From NCBI GenBank assembly GCA_965655095.1, contig OZ296659.1, positions 63,736,001 through 63,800,000 of the forward strand: DNA of 64,000 bases, read 5' to 3'. A program made the position numbers and the translations under genes. The notes beneath the pieces were generated by a model. That model did no database searches. It had not been told where the DNA came from and saw nothing but the letters and a program-made list of their open reading frames with translations. Each line of letters opens with the position of its first letter. The first letter of the stretch is position 1. This stretch comes from Haplodiscus bocki (taxonomy: Eukaryota). This document shows, one piece after another, positions 26,201-38,281 of this stretch.

Positions 26201-29200
26201 TAGATTCAGTTTTGCATATCGATAAAAGTCGACCATTGATTTTTTTTGCATTCTGAATCAGCTTCAATAGATGAACAAAAAAAGACCCGAATGCGTTCAA
26301 CGATATTTTTTCAGACAGATTTAGCTTGCGATTAGTCACAGAAACATGAGCATCAAAGATGCCAGGCATTAATTACTAAGAATCTAGAGTAGAGAAAAAA
26401 CGCAACTGAGCCTAGTTCAGTAAAGATGACTGATAATTTAGAAAAATCAGAAAATAACATCGACGAATTTCAAACATATGATGAATGGCTGAGCAAACAA
26501 TTCGAAATTATCTGAATAAATGTACGGCCACTTTCAATCGATTGGAAAGATTGAAAGTAAATAACTCCTGTCTGCTCTTTCATCGCTCAGCCGGCCAGCT
26601 GTCACCTTGATTTGCGAATAAGAATGGATAACAGAAAGTAAATAGTTTTTTTGCTTCCCTTTAGCCGGCCAGTCTCGAAATCGATTTGCGAAAAGGCGCA
26701 AAAATGTGAAGAAAAACAATAGCCGCCCGAAGCAGATAGGACTCCGAAATTTTTGGATTTTTTTCATATGCGCGATGTCACCACTACTACGATGGTCCTC
26801 CCTGCAGTCCCACGCAGCTCAAAATTTTTCAAATGTCGCACGAAATTCCTTTTGGACGAGGTAGCAAAATGTACGAAAAAGCGTTTAAAAAAACAAAGAA
26901 CCGAGCAAAACTTTAAGTACTTCGTAAAATTAAAATTTTCCGAAGTCCTAAAAGGACAGCAAAATCTATCGGTTTAAGCGTATCAGCTAATTCGTAAAAA
27001 ACTGGAAGGCCCCTGTCTATTCCACGATAATTTTCCTACAACATTTGGCTTTGAATTGAGCGCTGGACGAGCAAATTCATATCGTTCATCACTCAGAAAA
27101 CACATTTCAAATTCTCTCAAAATCATCAAACGTTAGCCGCTAGTGGATTAAATACATTTCCTTCGGAAATTATTGGAAATAGAAAACCAAGAAATTAACT
27201 GCTCTCAAGAGTAGCCTGAAATTTGTAAACCAGAAAATGTCAAGGAACTCGAAAGTACAATGAAAAAAAGAAAAGCAGGTCTTGTGATATAGTTACAAAA
27301 ATTCGAAATCCGTTCAAGTAGCCCCCCCCCCCCCAGAGGTCTAAACGAGGAAAATGGTTGGCACGCAGCAGTACAACCCTAACAGAGGTCCCACGTAACT
27401 CAACGCTGATTGGCCACGTAATCAGTCGAGGTGTGAATTTACATCATATTCACACTTAAAGGTCACAGGGATTGAAAAATGAAGCTCACTAACTAGTTTG
27501 CTTTTGTATGAAGAAGGCACATATCCAGTGCGGAAATAAAAAATGGCAACTTCCATGTCGTTGCCGAGGATGAAGCAATTGTTGTCATCTACTCTTCCTT
27601 CGTCACGCAGCTGCTCGAAAGTCTTCCGACACACAGTAATACCACTGAAAAACAGTTAACAGTGAATGCTAAACGTTTTTGTTAGTTGGAGAGTGGTATC
27701 CAATAAATTTATAAATTTTGTATTTCGAAAAAATTGCTACATCCTCTATAGAAACTTCGATATAACATTATGAAAAACATCCTCAACGAAATCACAACTT
27801 TGTCCTCTAAGGACAACTTCAACAAACCCTGAGCGCCCAAGTCGCCGCTGCCACTAAGGCTCAAAATACAGAAGAGGGGTATCACAAAAATGGGAGTTTA
27901 AACCTGTATTTGCAGTGTGAAAGGCCTTTGTACTACAAACTAAAGCACCATTCGGTTCATTAAATTCAAATGCTAGCATGCAAAACCTTTCTGCAGTTAA
28001 CTCGAAATCATAGGCGACTCCAGCCATGCCCGCTCTGTTACGAAAGCTAGAAAAAAAACGAAAAAGGCAGAAGACTTTCATGTTATTATTTAGCGGAAAA
28101 AATCGAAACTAATGAAAAACAATTTTTTATTCAGTGCTATCTGCAAGATTCTGATGCCACAGCAACTTGGTCGTTGTGTTGAGAACGCTCGCGCTCGGCA
28201 AAATTGATTTGCAAAACCTTTTCTCTGCCAAAAACGTCGCAAATTTCAGGGTCCAAGCGGCGTTGAATGAATTAGGACTCTCACGGCAGTTACCATGTAA
28301 AAATCATAACATGTTTCAAATATTTGATTCCCCCAGAAAAATCTGCGAAAACTACAGTTTCTAAAACTTAAGACCAATCGAACCTTCCTAAGTTCCTAAG
28401 CAAACAACAATTTAACTCTCACACGAATGCAAATATCTACCTGCTACCTGTGCGATTCTTACATGCGATAATTTTAAAACATTTCAATTTCACCCAACAA
28501 TTGTGTTCCAGACAGGTCTGGAAAAAGTCCAAGCCATGCCGTAATAATATCGAATATCGGCAGCTTCAATTTTTTCAAAAAGAAAAATACCGAATTCCAT
28601 TCAATTCATTTAAGTTATGATTGGTCTCTGATAAAAAAACCTCGACGAACAAAATGTGAGTTAGGCAAAGGTTAGGATTGGCTTGATTTGACATGGCATT
28701 ACTTATGAAAATCTACACATTATTTTGTGCGTATCCTTGTTAAACAATCAATCCTTGTCAAACCGATCCTCAACTTTCCATCACAATTTGTAAAGCAATG
28801 TAGGAAGAAATTGCAATGCAAACAGGAAACACAACCCCGGCGCGACTCGCATATCGACGCAAAAATTTCACAATTATGATTATTTCGCTCATATTTCAAA
28901 CAGTTCCAAAACTGAACACAAGATCGGTGTTTCAATACAAAAGCATTTCATTTTCAAAAAAGATCAAACTTCAACCAGGATTCTAGTGTTTTGCAAACCA
29001 AAAAATGCGATATGGAGTAGAAGAATGTTACAGTATTTGTTTAACACAAAGACGAAGCTGCGCTTCGCATACACTAGTGAAGGTGAGAATCGGTATCGAC
29101 TAACTGATCACTTGATAAGCAGTGATGAGCTTGAACCGGATACCTTATGAAGATATTTTTCTATATGAGGTCAAAATTTACCATCCTGGCAGCTCCTCTA

Positions 29201-32200
29201 AAGCTCCAGCAGGCGAGTAGTTGAATTACCATTAGATGAACCGAATGAGAGCAGTCGCTATTAAAAAAACATTTGAAACGAACGACACAAATTAAAACAG
29301 TTGATTTTTCAAACACAAATGAAATATCTATGATTCTTCAATTACAATTGAAGATATACCTCAATGAAAGTTGAAAAAAATCATCCCGGGTGCTCAAAAG
29401 TAACTCGTAGTATCAAGTGTTTTAAGCAACACGAGATAAACCCAATCAGACTAGGAAAAACAATCCCAATGAACAAGGAAAAAAAATTCCCTTATTTTCC
29501 AAAACCAAGTTACAATACATCAACAAAAGTTGAATTACGACCACTCCTGCTAAATGCCAGCAACTCTAATCAGCGATTGGTAGGAGCATTGGATGAATCC
29601 AAACAGATTAAAAAATAACGTTTACCGGAAAGTGCAAAAAATCACCTATGCTTTTTGGAAAACAAATCAAGATTTTCCGGGTAAAAATAGGAAACAAACG
29701 TCCCAACTGCTTTTCAAAAATGTCATGCACCAAGTATTTGAATTTTTAATGGACGAACCCAATCCAACTGGTGGAAATTTGAAAAATTACAAAGAAACGA
29801 TGCAAATGAAAACATCTTTGATTTTTCAAACACTAGTTACGATATAGACATGATGAAGTCGAACGTAGACCATCCCGGGTTCTCATCAGCAAATACGAGC
29901 AGCGATCAGAAGCAGGAGCATTTGACGGACCCAAATGGGTCAGCATTTTTCAGGAAACAGTTTGAACGAAAATCGCAAGGATGAATTTCTTCCAAAAAAA
30001 CTTAGGACAGTATATGAAATTGATATATTGGCTCAGCAGAGGAACATTTTCAGAAGTTGGTGAAAGCATGAGTTTTGCCGGGAAGTAAGTTTTTTGTTGA
30101 TCCCCAGATATTCCAAAAAATTCAACTTTCGAAATTCAGTCCTCGATGGAATTGTGCGAGTAAAAAAGTCCATGGAAGATAACAGTCAAAAAATTTCTCC
30201 GGCAGAAACGAGTGTAACAGACTTGCTAGAACTTTCAATTTTCACACAAATGCGATTCTCAAAGGACTACATAAAGGTAAAATGAATATCCCTCCTTTGA
30301 TACGCTGCCGAAGTCCAACACCGGTGAAGCAGTTTCGCAAAGCAGTCAAAACAAACTGTGCCACTTTTCCTGAAAACTAGCGACAACACAAACAATACAA
30401 AAAAGAAGAACGAGCTGTCGAAACAAAGATGTGCAAATTTCTGAAAGTATCAAAACGAAAATTTATTTCCGTAAAAAACTGAAATATGCCAGACTGTCAA
30501 CAAAATGAATGGCAATTTTGCTAGACGGCAAAGTTTTCTCGACAAGGAAGAGGCTTACATATACGGGTTCTTCTGTTGGAGAACTAAACCAAATGTTCCA
30601 CCTGCCAATTTCGCGCGTAGCCAGCCAGGCATGTTTTGACATTTTCACCAGATTTGAGTAAAAAGATTCATGTGTATAACGAACAACTTCTTGCCGCCGA
30701 TAAATATCTTGATCGAACTGAGTTCACTCAACTACCGCATCTGGCGCCGTTCCGTTATTTGGGCAACTGTCGGAGGTTCTCGAGCCGATTATTCTTTCAT
30801 CTCATAAGATTTTAAAGTTGATAAGTATTCGGAATTGTGGTTTAGAATTGAACGCGATTCTGAAGTTTTTGTACAAGTAACTCTTTTAACTGTGGGCGCC
30901 GGAGGCGGTCTTAGAGCTGTTACTGAAAGTTCAAAGTCTCAGCGTATAGCGAAAATGAAGATTTTAAAAAAGGTAGGCTGCCCTCAGAGACTCAGTTGCA
31001 AAACGTTGGCTAGTTGATTAGCTGGAATCACTGGGACAGCTACAATCCAGTTCAAACTCCGAATTGTTTTTTATATTCTGAGCCAGAACAAGGACTGAAA
31101 GTTGAGGTTGAGCAATAGTCTATGCGTTAACCTCAAGTGAATTGAGCCTTTAAAACAAAAAAAAAACGAGAAAAGGAAAACGATAACATCAAACAAGACT
31201 TTAAAGACTTTATAGAAAGGAACTGGAAAATTAAAAGTACTTCGACAACATTCTCGCATCAGGAAGAAATTTCCCGAGAGGACGAGAATAAACTGAAAGC
31301 TACTTCCCCAGAGTTCAATTTTCTTTGGAAAACTATTCATCAACTTCCTTCCTCAAAAATGTGGGAAGATCTGGTCAACAGCTCACAAAGAAAGTGGAGA
31401 TGACAACGACAGTGCCACCTAATCCGAGAAAAAAACTGAAACTTCAGAGTTGTATACAGATCAGTTTTTTGTAAAAGGAAAAATGAAAAACTTCCCGAAA
31501 CAAATAGTTAATTCGAGAACTAGGTTGAAAGGTTCAAAAACACATGATAATGAAGCACAATTTGAAAACGAAAATTGGGAAGCAATGTTGCTAAAAACTG
31601 AATGACAAACGAAACGTTAGTTTAGAAAATCATCACCTCAAAAAAGGCTCTTCATTCACTAAAACTGTTGGAGCTCATCAATTTTTTCAAACATCTCAAC
31701 GAGCATCTGATCGAAAAGTGAAATCCGAAACAACTTGCAGTCGTTTACTTGAAAGTTGAACATAAAAAGTTTTTCATTGAAGTCAAATCTATGACTAAAA
31801 ATTTGAATCTGACTCTGCCTTTCAAATCTAGGTACGGAAAACACTATTTCAAATACCATACCACTGAGATATTTGTACCAAACGATGATATGAAACCAAT
31901 GAAATTCAAGCTTTTCAATTCCTGGAACACTACAAAATATGCACTTTTGACAAGTTTGTACTTTTTGTCAATCTTCATTGAAAATGCCGCTCCTTTCCTT
32001 GTTTTCAGTTTTGCAACGTTGTGAATGTAGAACTAGATGTGCACGAGGTGGAGAGTTGCAGCGGGTTTTTGGAAGGGAGTCTCAAATGGGCTTTTCAGCC
32101 CAAAAAGTATAGTTATTCTCTGTATTGCTTAATTAGGCTTGTATCCAAACTGATTTTCAGGTCTAGATTGTTTCCAAGAATCCTTTGGCGACCAGACAAG

Positions 32201-35200
32201 TACTTCAGTGCATGGGCTACAATCTTCTTTTGCTGAGTGAAACAAGCCGGGAATAGGCCCAAATCCGAGCTGCAAGTAAGGCACGAAATATAAATGAGGG
32301 GGATGTTGTTTTATTTCGAAAACGATGAGTTTAGCGACAAAAATATGATATAATAAAAGATGATAAATACTGTTACGATATGTATTGCCTAGGGAACAGA
32401 CATTACAGATAATTGCCATTGAAAGAGAAAGTCATATATAAGGGGAGTGGGTATATGTTTGTGGGAAGGTCCGAAAATGTTCCTATATAGGAGAACTATA
32501 TGCACGTTTTCTATACTGTCTGCACTTGGTACGAGTAGTATATGACCGTCCTCAATGCCCATTCTTTTTGGAGGGCACGAAATCGGCTTCAATTTCGTCG
32601 AATACACGGTGAACAAAAAGCTAGCAAGAAAGCTTTACTTAATTGTAAAGCGCCGACTAAAAACCCACCATGCACTACTCTAGTTCATATCTCTTCCAAG
32701 CTATTTAAATTCTCATTTTTTTCTTGATGGGCAAGTAAACAAAATGAACAAATTGCTTGAGATGATTTCAAGTTCATTACAATAGTTTAAAGGTCAGGAA
32801 ATTCGGAGTTCGATTTCATGTTCATCAGTCCTCAACTAAGTATTTTGTTTAAATACATGACACTCATTGTGCTCTCCAACAATGATTGGCAGCTTTTAAA
32901 ATTTCCATTCCATGGTGCTAGATACTACACTTTTAAGGAACATTGGTGGTTCTCATCGCAAAGTGACGTAACGGTTGATCTCAAATTCGTTGTATGTCAT
33001 TACGTAGTCAACGTCCCAGAAAAATTCGAGGCAAATGCATCTATCTCCAGTAGAAAAAGGAAAGATTTTTATTGAGCGTAGTAGAAAGGAAAATGTATAA
33101 CCTTTTACTTGTGATGCTTTGCTGCAGTTTCAACTGATCGAATAAATTAGATTCGTCAGCGTCCACAACAAAAACAATACACTTGCTAGGCGAAGCCGCC
33201 GGCATTTCATGATCCGCAGCAGGAGCGTGTGTAAAGTTGCTGCCGTTAATGGTTTGAGGTGCTTCGTTTCCATTTGCCTCGCGTTTCGGCGAAAGATGGC
33301 AGCAATAGAATTTGAAGGCTTCTATGAAAGCATAAGACAGTTTGCATAGACAATTGTTCACTTTCGGCATGTGAATCGTCTTCAAACTGTTGTTGTTCAC
33401 GCCACTCCCTCTCACTCGATATGTTTCGGCAAAGTAGTTGGCCACATTTCTAAAATTAACTTCCCCAGTCAGTCACATTTTAAGTGCTAAGCATTCTCAA
33501 CAACTTTTCGATTTTTCAAAACGTTGCCGAAGTCATGAGTATACTACCACCGGAATACCATCCCGTACTTTTAAGTTGAGCTGGTACTCCCAATCGTAAT
33601 GGATGGAAATTTTGTTAATGGATGGTCAAAACTTCAGACTGCGTCAAAACTGAACACACATCTCACCGTTCTCCTGAAACACTCATCTTTGAAGCTAGTT
33701 GTTTTTTTTGAAAAATTGAGGCGAAAACTCTTTTGCATAAGACCGAGGTAACTTTTTACTAGACAATTGATGGCTTGCCAAAAACTGGCAACTAATACTC
33801 GACATCATTTTCATCTTGAAACTGATAAACCGATTGCAATTGAACAAAACTGACAAGATATGTTAACTGAAAAATGGATATCAGTTGAATCAATCTACGA
33901 CCTGAGAGGCTTTCGAGAAAGCCCTCGATTTAAGAAACAATGGGTATTTAAGGAGCAAAGTATAGTGAACGGTGAGGAATTGTGACACTTCATTTCTAGA
34001 CCATCACTTTCAGGACTTCGAACAAAATCTGGAAAAAATATTCCCGATGAAGCAAGTTACATCAAAAAACTCGTCCATTCAGTCGTGAAGGAAAAGAATT
34101 GAGTGAGTAATTCGGGAGGAGAAGCATTTAGAACAGTGACAAAATAAGGCGTGGCAATGCTTGGACCAGTTTCTTTATTAATTAAATCAAAATCTGAGAA
34201 AACTGCTCCAGTCAAAAGAAATTCCATTTCAAAAGCGGTCAATTAGGCCGTGGAAAAAGAAGTGCGTGATTATATTTAGAGGGAGATAATTTGAACAATT
34301 GGCATCGAATGCATTGTGGCAAGGTTTGAACCATAACTTTTTGGGAAATGGGACAGAATCTCGAATAAACTGATCCATTTGGGCGAACTTACGAATAAAC
34401 AGCGGTCGATTGGCCCATGATACAAAACAATTGAGTGGGCAGTTCCAGAGAAGCATTTGAAAATTGGACTGAAATTGAAGTCATTTGCTTGTGTAGGAAT
34501 ATTTGGACTACGATTTTTAGAAAGGGAAACAATGCATTTAAAAATATTGCAGTTAAAAAACTTGCTTTAAAAAAGCTAACTATTAAGGTGTAAAGGAAGT
34601 AAAATTGAACGGTAATTTTAGAAAAGAAGGCATTTGGAAATTTCAGCAAAATCGACATCATTTTCGTTTGTGGCAAAATGTGGACCATTTTTTACAAATT
34701 GCAAGAAAACCCTGTAAAATTCTTCCAGTGAAATGAAATTATAATCAAAAAAAAGCAAACGAATACGCCGTAAAAGAATCGATTGAATTGAGCGCGCAGT
34801 TTTAGAGAAGGCAATCGGAATGTTGACTAAAATCAGCAAGAATCATTTCTGACAAATTTCAGCCATAACTTGCGGAATATGGAAGAAAATCTAGTGACAC
34901 TGCTCGACTTGCATCAATCTTAATATTCTAAACTAACCATTCAGTCATGAATGAAAAGAGTGTGATAGTTTAAGAGAAAAAACATTTGCAGAATTAAATA
35001 AACTAGAAATCATATCCATGTGCAGGAATATTTCGATCCTTTTTTTAAAAAAACTGGAACAAAACCCGAAAAAATGTTAAATTAAACAAATTTGCATTTG
35101 ATAGGCTGTCAATGAAGTCATAAATGGAGAGAATAGAGTGGGCAGTTCAAGAGAAAAAGCACTTGCAAAATGACAAAAATACCTATTATATTCTTTTGCA

Positions 35201-36444
35201 GCAATGTTTGGGCCAAGTTTTCCAGAAAACAAAAAAATTCTCGAAAAATTGCTCCGCTTAAATCAGTCTAGACATAATAAAGTTTCCATTAAGCGTTACA
35301 TACAAGGAACTGAAGGAACAATTCAAGAGAAAAATAACTTTTGAAATGTACTAAAAGCACCATTTTAGGCATTTTCTGTCACTTTTGGACCATCATAAGT
35401 AGACAATAAAACAAAACGCGAAAATCATCCCGGCTTAATCTTTTCTATATATTGCTAGCTCTCACGAGAACGTTGGTTGAAAACGAGAAAATGAAAGAAT
35501 TTCGAGACAAATGATTTTCTAAATTTTGAGGTACACGAAACTAAACTATAACATATTTATACTTTACTATACATGTTTTAATTTCTCGGATTTTTTTCCC
35601 TCGGCGGTAGAAACAGTTTGTTGACACAAGACTTCTTTATTTAAACCACCGACCTCATTCAGATTTAACCTGCTTCCAATTTTTGTCTATTTTCGTCGTA
35701 CGGGTGGACGAAATTCGACATAACTTCCCTGGGAAAATCAGGGTGTCATGCCCATAGTTGTGTCATGCACATAGTTGTTCCTGCTTGTCATAAAAGTAGT
35801 TCAAACGGTACTTTTCATTCGTTTACCGGAAACCTGAACAAGAACTCTGATCGAAAATCTTCTATCAACATAGCCTTTTTTGCTGCCCCCAAGGGAACAT
35901 AGAATCGCAGAACTAACTTGTGCAAATCGGCGGTAGCTTCGGCGAGACCAGCAAAGCTGCATGCAATAGTGTTGACTTCAATCTGTCGTGATATGTAGTT
36001 GCCACTAATAGTGCCATCCGCGGAGCCATTTTCCTGCCTTTCGAACATGTAATCAGCACGAAATATGCCGAACTGTGCATTATGTAAATTGTTTCTCATT
36101 TCGCGTTTGTCCAATATGTCCAGCAGATTGGCGCAGAACTCATCACCTTGTTTGCAGGATTCCAAACATTTTTTAATGAACTTTATGTTCAAAGATATTT
36201 TATGATACAGACGGTTGAAGGCCGTTTGTAGCTTTTTCAATTCGTAAAAATGGTCCCTAGGCACAGCTGAAGGAAACAATGTTGTCGGCGATGGGACCAT
36301 CTGACCTCTGATCCAGAAAAACAAACCATTAGATGTTTTCGATAAATTCGCAATTTTACATGCTTTCAACAAGTCAGCATCAACGGTGGCGGAAATGACA
36401 GCCGGAATAAAGAAACAAACTTCCTCCTGAGCTTCTTTTGTCAT
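16924..36444 (-). CDS. GSS: Eukaryotic glutathione synthetase, spliced gene model (5 coding exons, 1716 nt, 571 aa)
   Basis: Exons 36444-35834, 33449-33102, 27644-27494, 21288-21058 and 17298-16924 join in frame through GT..AG introns of phase 2,2,0,0. GSS motifs occur in the expected order: RADYM, QIEVNTIACSFAGL, ESNLFDQ, FYFRTGY, CPSVSHQLAGMKKFQQ, YVLKPQLEGGGHN, YVLMER, ELGVYG, GHLLRSK, DGGVVAG..LDSP. Confidence 0.93.
17709..18089 (-). mobile_element. Non-autonomous Helentron-type element, copy B (GSS intron 4)
   Basis: Perfect hairpin TGCGAAGC-TGT-GCTTCGCA (17709-17727), then ACACTTG (17728-17734). Right end ACACTTG-CTTGCA-CAAGTGT (18067-18086). Same termini and similar length as copy A. 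Confidence 0.65.
18802..18973. repeat. Perfect minisatellite, 4 x 43 bp
   Basis: Unit aattttgatgaaagaatcttagccttgcaattttttataatat starts at 18802, 18845, 18888 and 18931. Confidence 0.97.
21058..21288 (-). CDS. GSS: GSS coding exon 4
   Basis: Acceptor TGTCAG ends at 21289. Encodes DWKLREDIDCCLALSCPSVSHQLAGMKKFQQILAQDGMLETF...AINAALQ. Donor CAG|GTTCTC at 21057, phase 0. Confidence 0.92.
25700..25772 (-). repeat. tRNA-derived SINE-like head
   Basis: Minus-strand A box TGGCCTAGTGG (25764-25754) and a degenerate B box AGATTCGGACC (25720-25710) at tRNA-like spacing. Confidence 0.5.
27494..27644 (-). CDS. GSS: GSS coding exon 3
   Basis: Acceptor TTTCAG ends at 27645. Encodes GITVCRKTFEQL...EVAIFYFRTGYVPSSY. 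Donor GTTAGT at 27493, phase 0. Confidence 0.9.
29053..29110 (-). repeat. Partial third copy of the same hairpin-ended family
   Basis: CGAAGC-TGC-GCTTCG, then ACACTAG and atcgactaactgat, similar to copy A. The other end was not found. Confidence 0.45.
33102..33449 (-). CDS. GSS: GSS coding exon 2
   Basis: Acceptor TTTTAG ends at 33450. Encodes VNN..AFIEAFKFY and IVFVVDADESNLFDQ (GSS ERNxFDQ motif). Donor AG|GTTATA at 33101, phase 2. Confidence 0.87.
34433..35490. repeat. Old diverged tandem array, unit ~175 bp, about 6 units (GSS intron 1)
   Basis: GAGTGGGCAGTT(C/T)..GAGAA-like anchors at 34433, 34607, 34790, 34958, 35136 and 35312 (spacings 174, 183, 168, 178, 176). Confidence 0.65.
35834..36444 (-). 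CDS. GSS: GSS coding exon 1
   Basis: ORF 35815..36444 contains PTTLFPS, DEF, FRADYM and QIEVNTIACSFAGL. The donor AG|GTTTCC at 35833 (phase 2) matches the next acceptor. Confidence 0.9.
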
Positions 36445-37545
36445 GTATACGCAACAATATGCTCTGAAAAAACATCAGAAAACAAAATACGCAAGAGCAC
36501 TTTCAATAAAAACCTTCCAGAAACTATTTTTTCATGTGAATGTCGAAGCATGCTCCTTTGGGTGGCTGTAAACAAAAACAAGTATGTGAAAGACTGAAGT
36601 TTCTTTATGCCAATGCCAGATTAAGATTCTTTCTGAGGAACTGCATCCAAGACAGAGGAATGAAGCTTGAAAAAAGCTAAAAAAATCACCAGATGGATCT
36701 CCCTTTCCAAGTTTCTTCTACAGAAAACCTAATCGAAAAAGTTTCTGATCTCAACCTGCTTTCCGTAGGCCATATATTAGGGTTTCGTTGTTGAGCCCAC
36801 ACATTATGTGAGCAACTTGATCACTTAGGTTCCTGCATACAGCAGGTACTAAATTAATTTGTGCGCTTAAAACGATTTAGGTTTCAGCTAACTCAGCGAA
36901 AGCTGAGTTAAGTTTTAGATACGAACACTAGAAAAATTGTCCTGTTGCTTTGTTGAAGTCAAAAAATTTTGATCACAGCATGAAACTTCCTTAGCTATCT
37001 GACGATTTCTCTGCTTTTCACAGAAAAGTTACGACAAGACCCTAGTCTGTCAAAACTATAATGTGGTTGCTGTCCAGTTTTACGATGGTTATTCAGCAGA
37101 AAAACGATTGAAAATCGGGCGATTATTGACTTTTTGAAAACCCCCATTATTTTTAAAAGCTTCAACTTTTTGGTGTGAAGGCTCCTAGAGCAAAAAATTC
37201 GACTAGGTATTGAGTTGAATACAAACCGTGTTGTATGCAAATTAATATTCCCAGTCGATAATTTAAAAAGGTGACCGTGCATATCGGTACGTTAAGCAAC
37301 TTATATATGACTTGCAGAGACGTAAGCTAAGCTCGAAAGGTGTGAGATCTGCGAGGGGGCAGAAGTCCTGGAAATACGAAAGGAACAACTACGTCATAAA
37401 GAAGAGTTCAGGCCGTTGATTAGCTGCATGCTGTACACCTCCTAGTGCCATTAAACGGTCTCCTTGTTTATGCAGAACCAAAGGAGGGCAAGAACTTACT
37501 GCATCAAATGATATTCTACAATGCTATAATTCACAAATTTGCCCT

Positions 37546-37672
37546 TGCAAAGCTCACTTTGGTTCGGATGCAATTCATGGCGTCGGCATATGATTCCGAT
37601 ATTTTCTTATTCCCCTATCTTCTCCGCGAGTCGTTGCATTACTTGTTGCACCGGGCGCAGCGCCACCTGTGC
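37546..37672 (-). mobile_element. Fragment of a CRE-like (restriction-like endonuclease) non-LTR retrotransposon C-terminus
   Basis: Frameshifted translation CTGGAAPGAT / MQRLAEKIGE / SESYADAMNCIRTKVSFA resembles the remembered C-terminal pattern TGG..LA.K....Y...M..IRTK.SFA of these elements. Confidence 0.6.
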
Positions 37673-37673
37673 A

Positions 37674-38281
37674 TAATCATCATCATCCTAGCTTTTCGCC
37701 AGTAAATTCAAATCAATTTACTCGAAGCAGGCAGCCACACATATTGTTCTGCATATCTTTCGCCATCCATCACGATCTCTTGCTTGTTTTGTCATGTGAT
37801 GTAAATCGTCCATGTAGCTGAGAAGTTTATCAGCTCTTGACTCGAGTACTGCACTGTCTCCATCTGAGTACATCTATATTTATGGTTATGATAGTTGTTC
37901 TGGGTCGTCCTCTGAATTGATTTCCTTGACTTGTACTTGTGCTGAAAAGGTGAATCATTGCGTTGTGTGAGGCACGTTTTCATCCATTCGGAGGACGTGT
38001 CCGACTAACTGCCGTCGTTTTCGTGTTTCTGATCCGATGGTATTCCAACAGCACTTTTCAAAATTGCATTTGCTTAAAATTCGGTGTGGGTACTTGATAT
38101 TGGGAATAACTCGTAAATGTTGTCTGTGGAAATCATTCGGTTTTTCTTCTGTCTGGCCCAAAACCCAAGTTTCAGCAATAAAAAAGTATGAATTGAGGAG
38201 AGAAATTTGAACCAGAGTTTTCCGTCTCAGTGTAATATTAGCAATTCTTTCCAAGTTTTTTTGGAGTCTGGAAAGGCTGCG
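37674..38281 (-). mobile_element. RTE-type LINE, 3' end (degenerate), running into the assembly gap
   Basis: Post-RT motifs AETWVL...FHRQHLR...IKYP...RKRR.LVGHVLRMDE and ARDRDGWRKI, then a (TGA)n-like tail (plus strand atcatcatcatc, 37676-37687). May continue past the gap to about 39000, but that part is weak. Confidence 0.75.

Noticed and set aside
31749-32024. PD-(D/E)XK nuclease, from the FFIEVKS motif
   Set aside because: No upstream PD motif and no other support. A short motif like this is expected by chance.
35815-36444. Stand-alone 209-aa single-exon gene
   Set aside because: It holds only the N-terminal GSS motifs. The rest are in four downstream exons with compatible phases.
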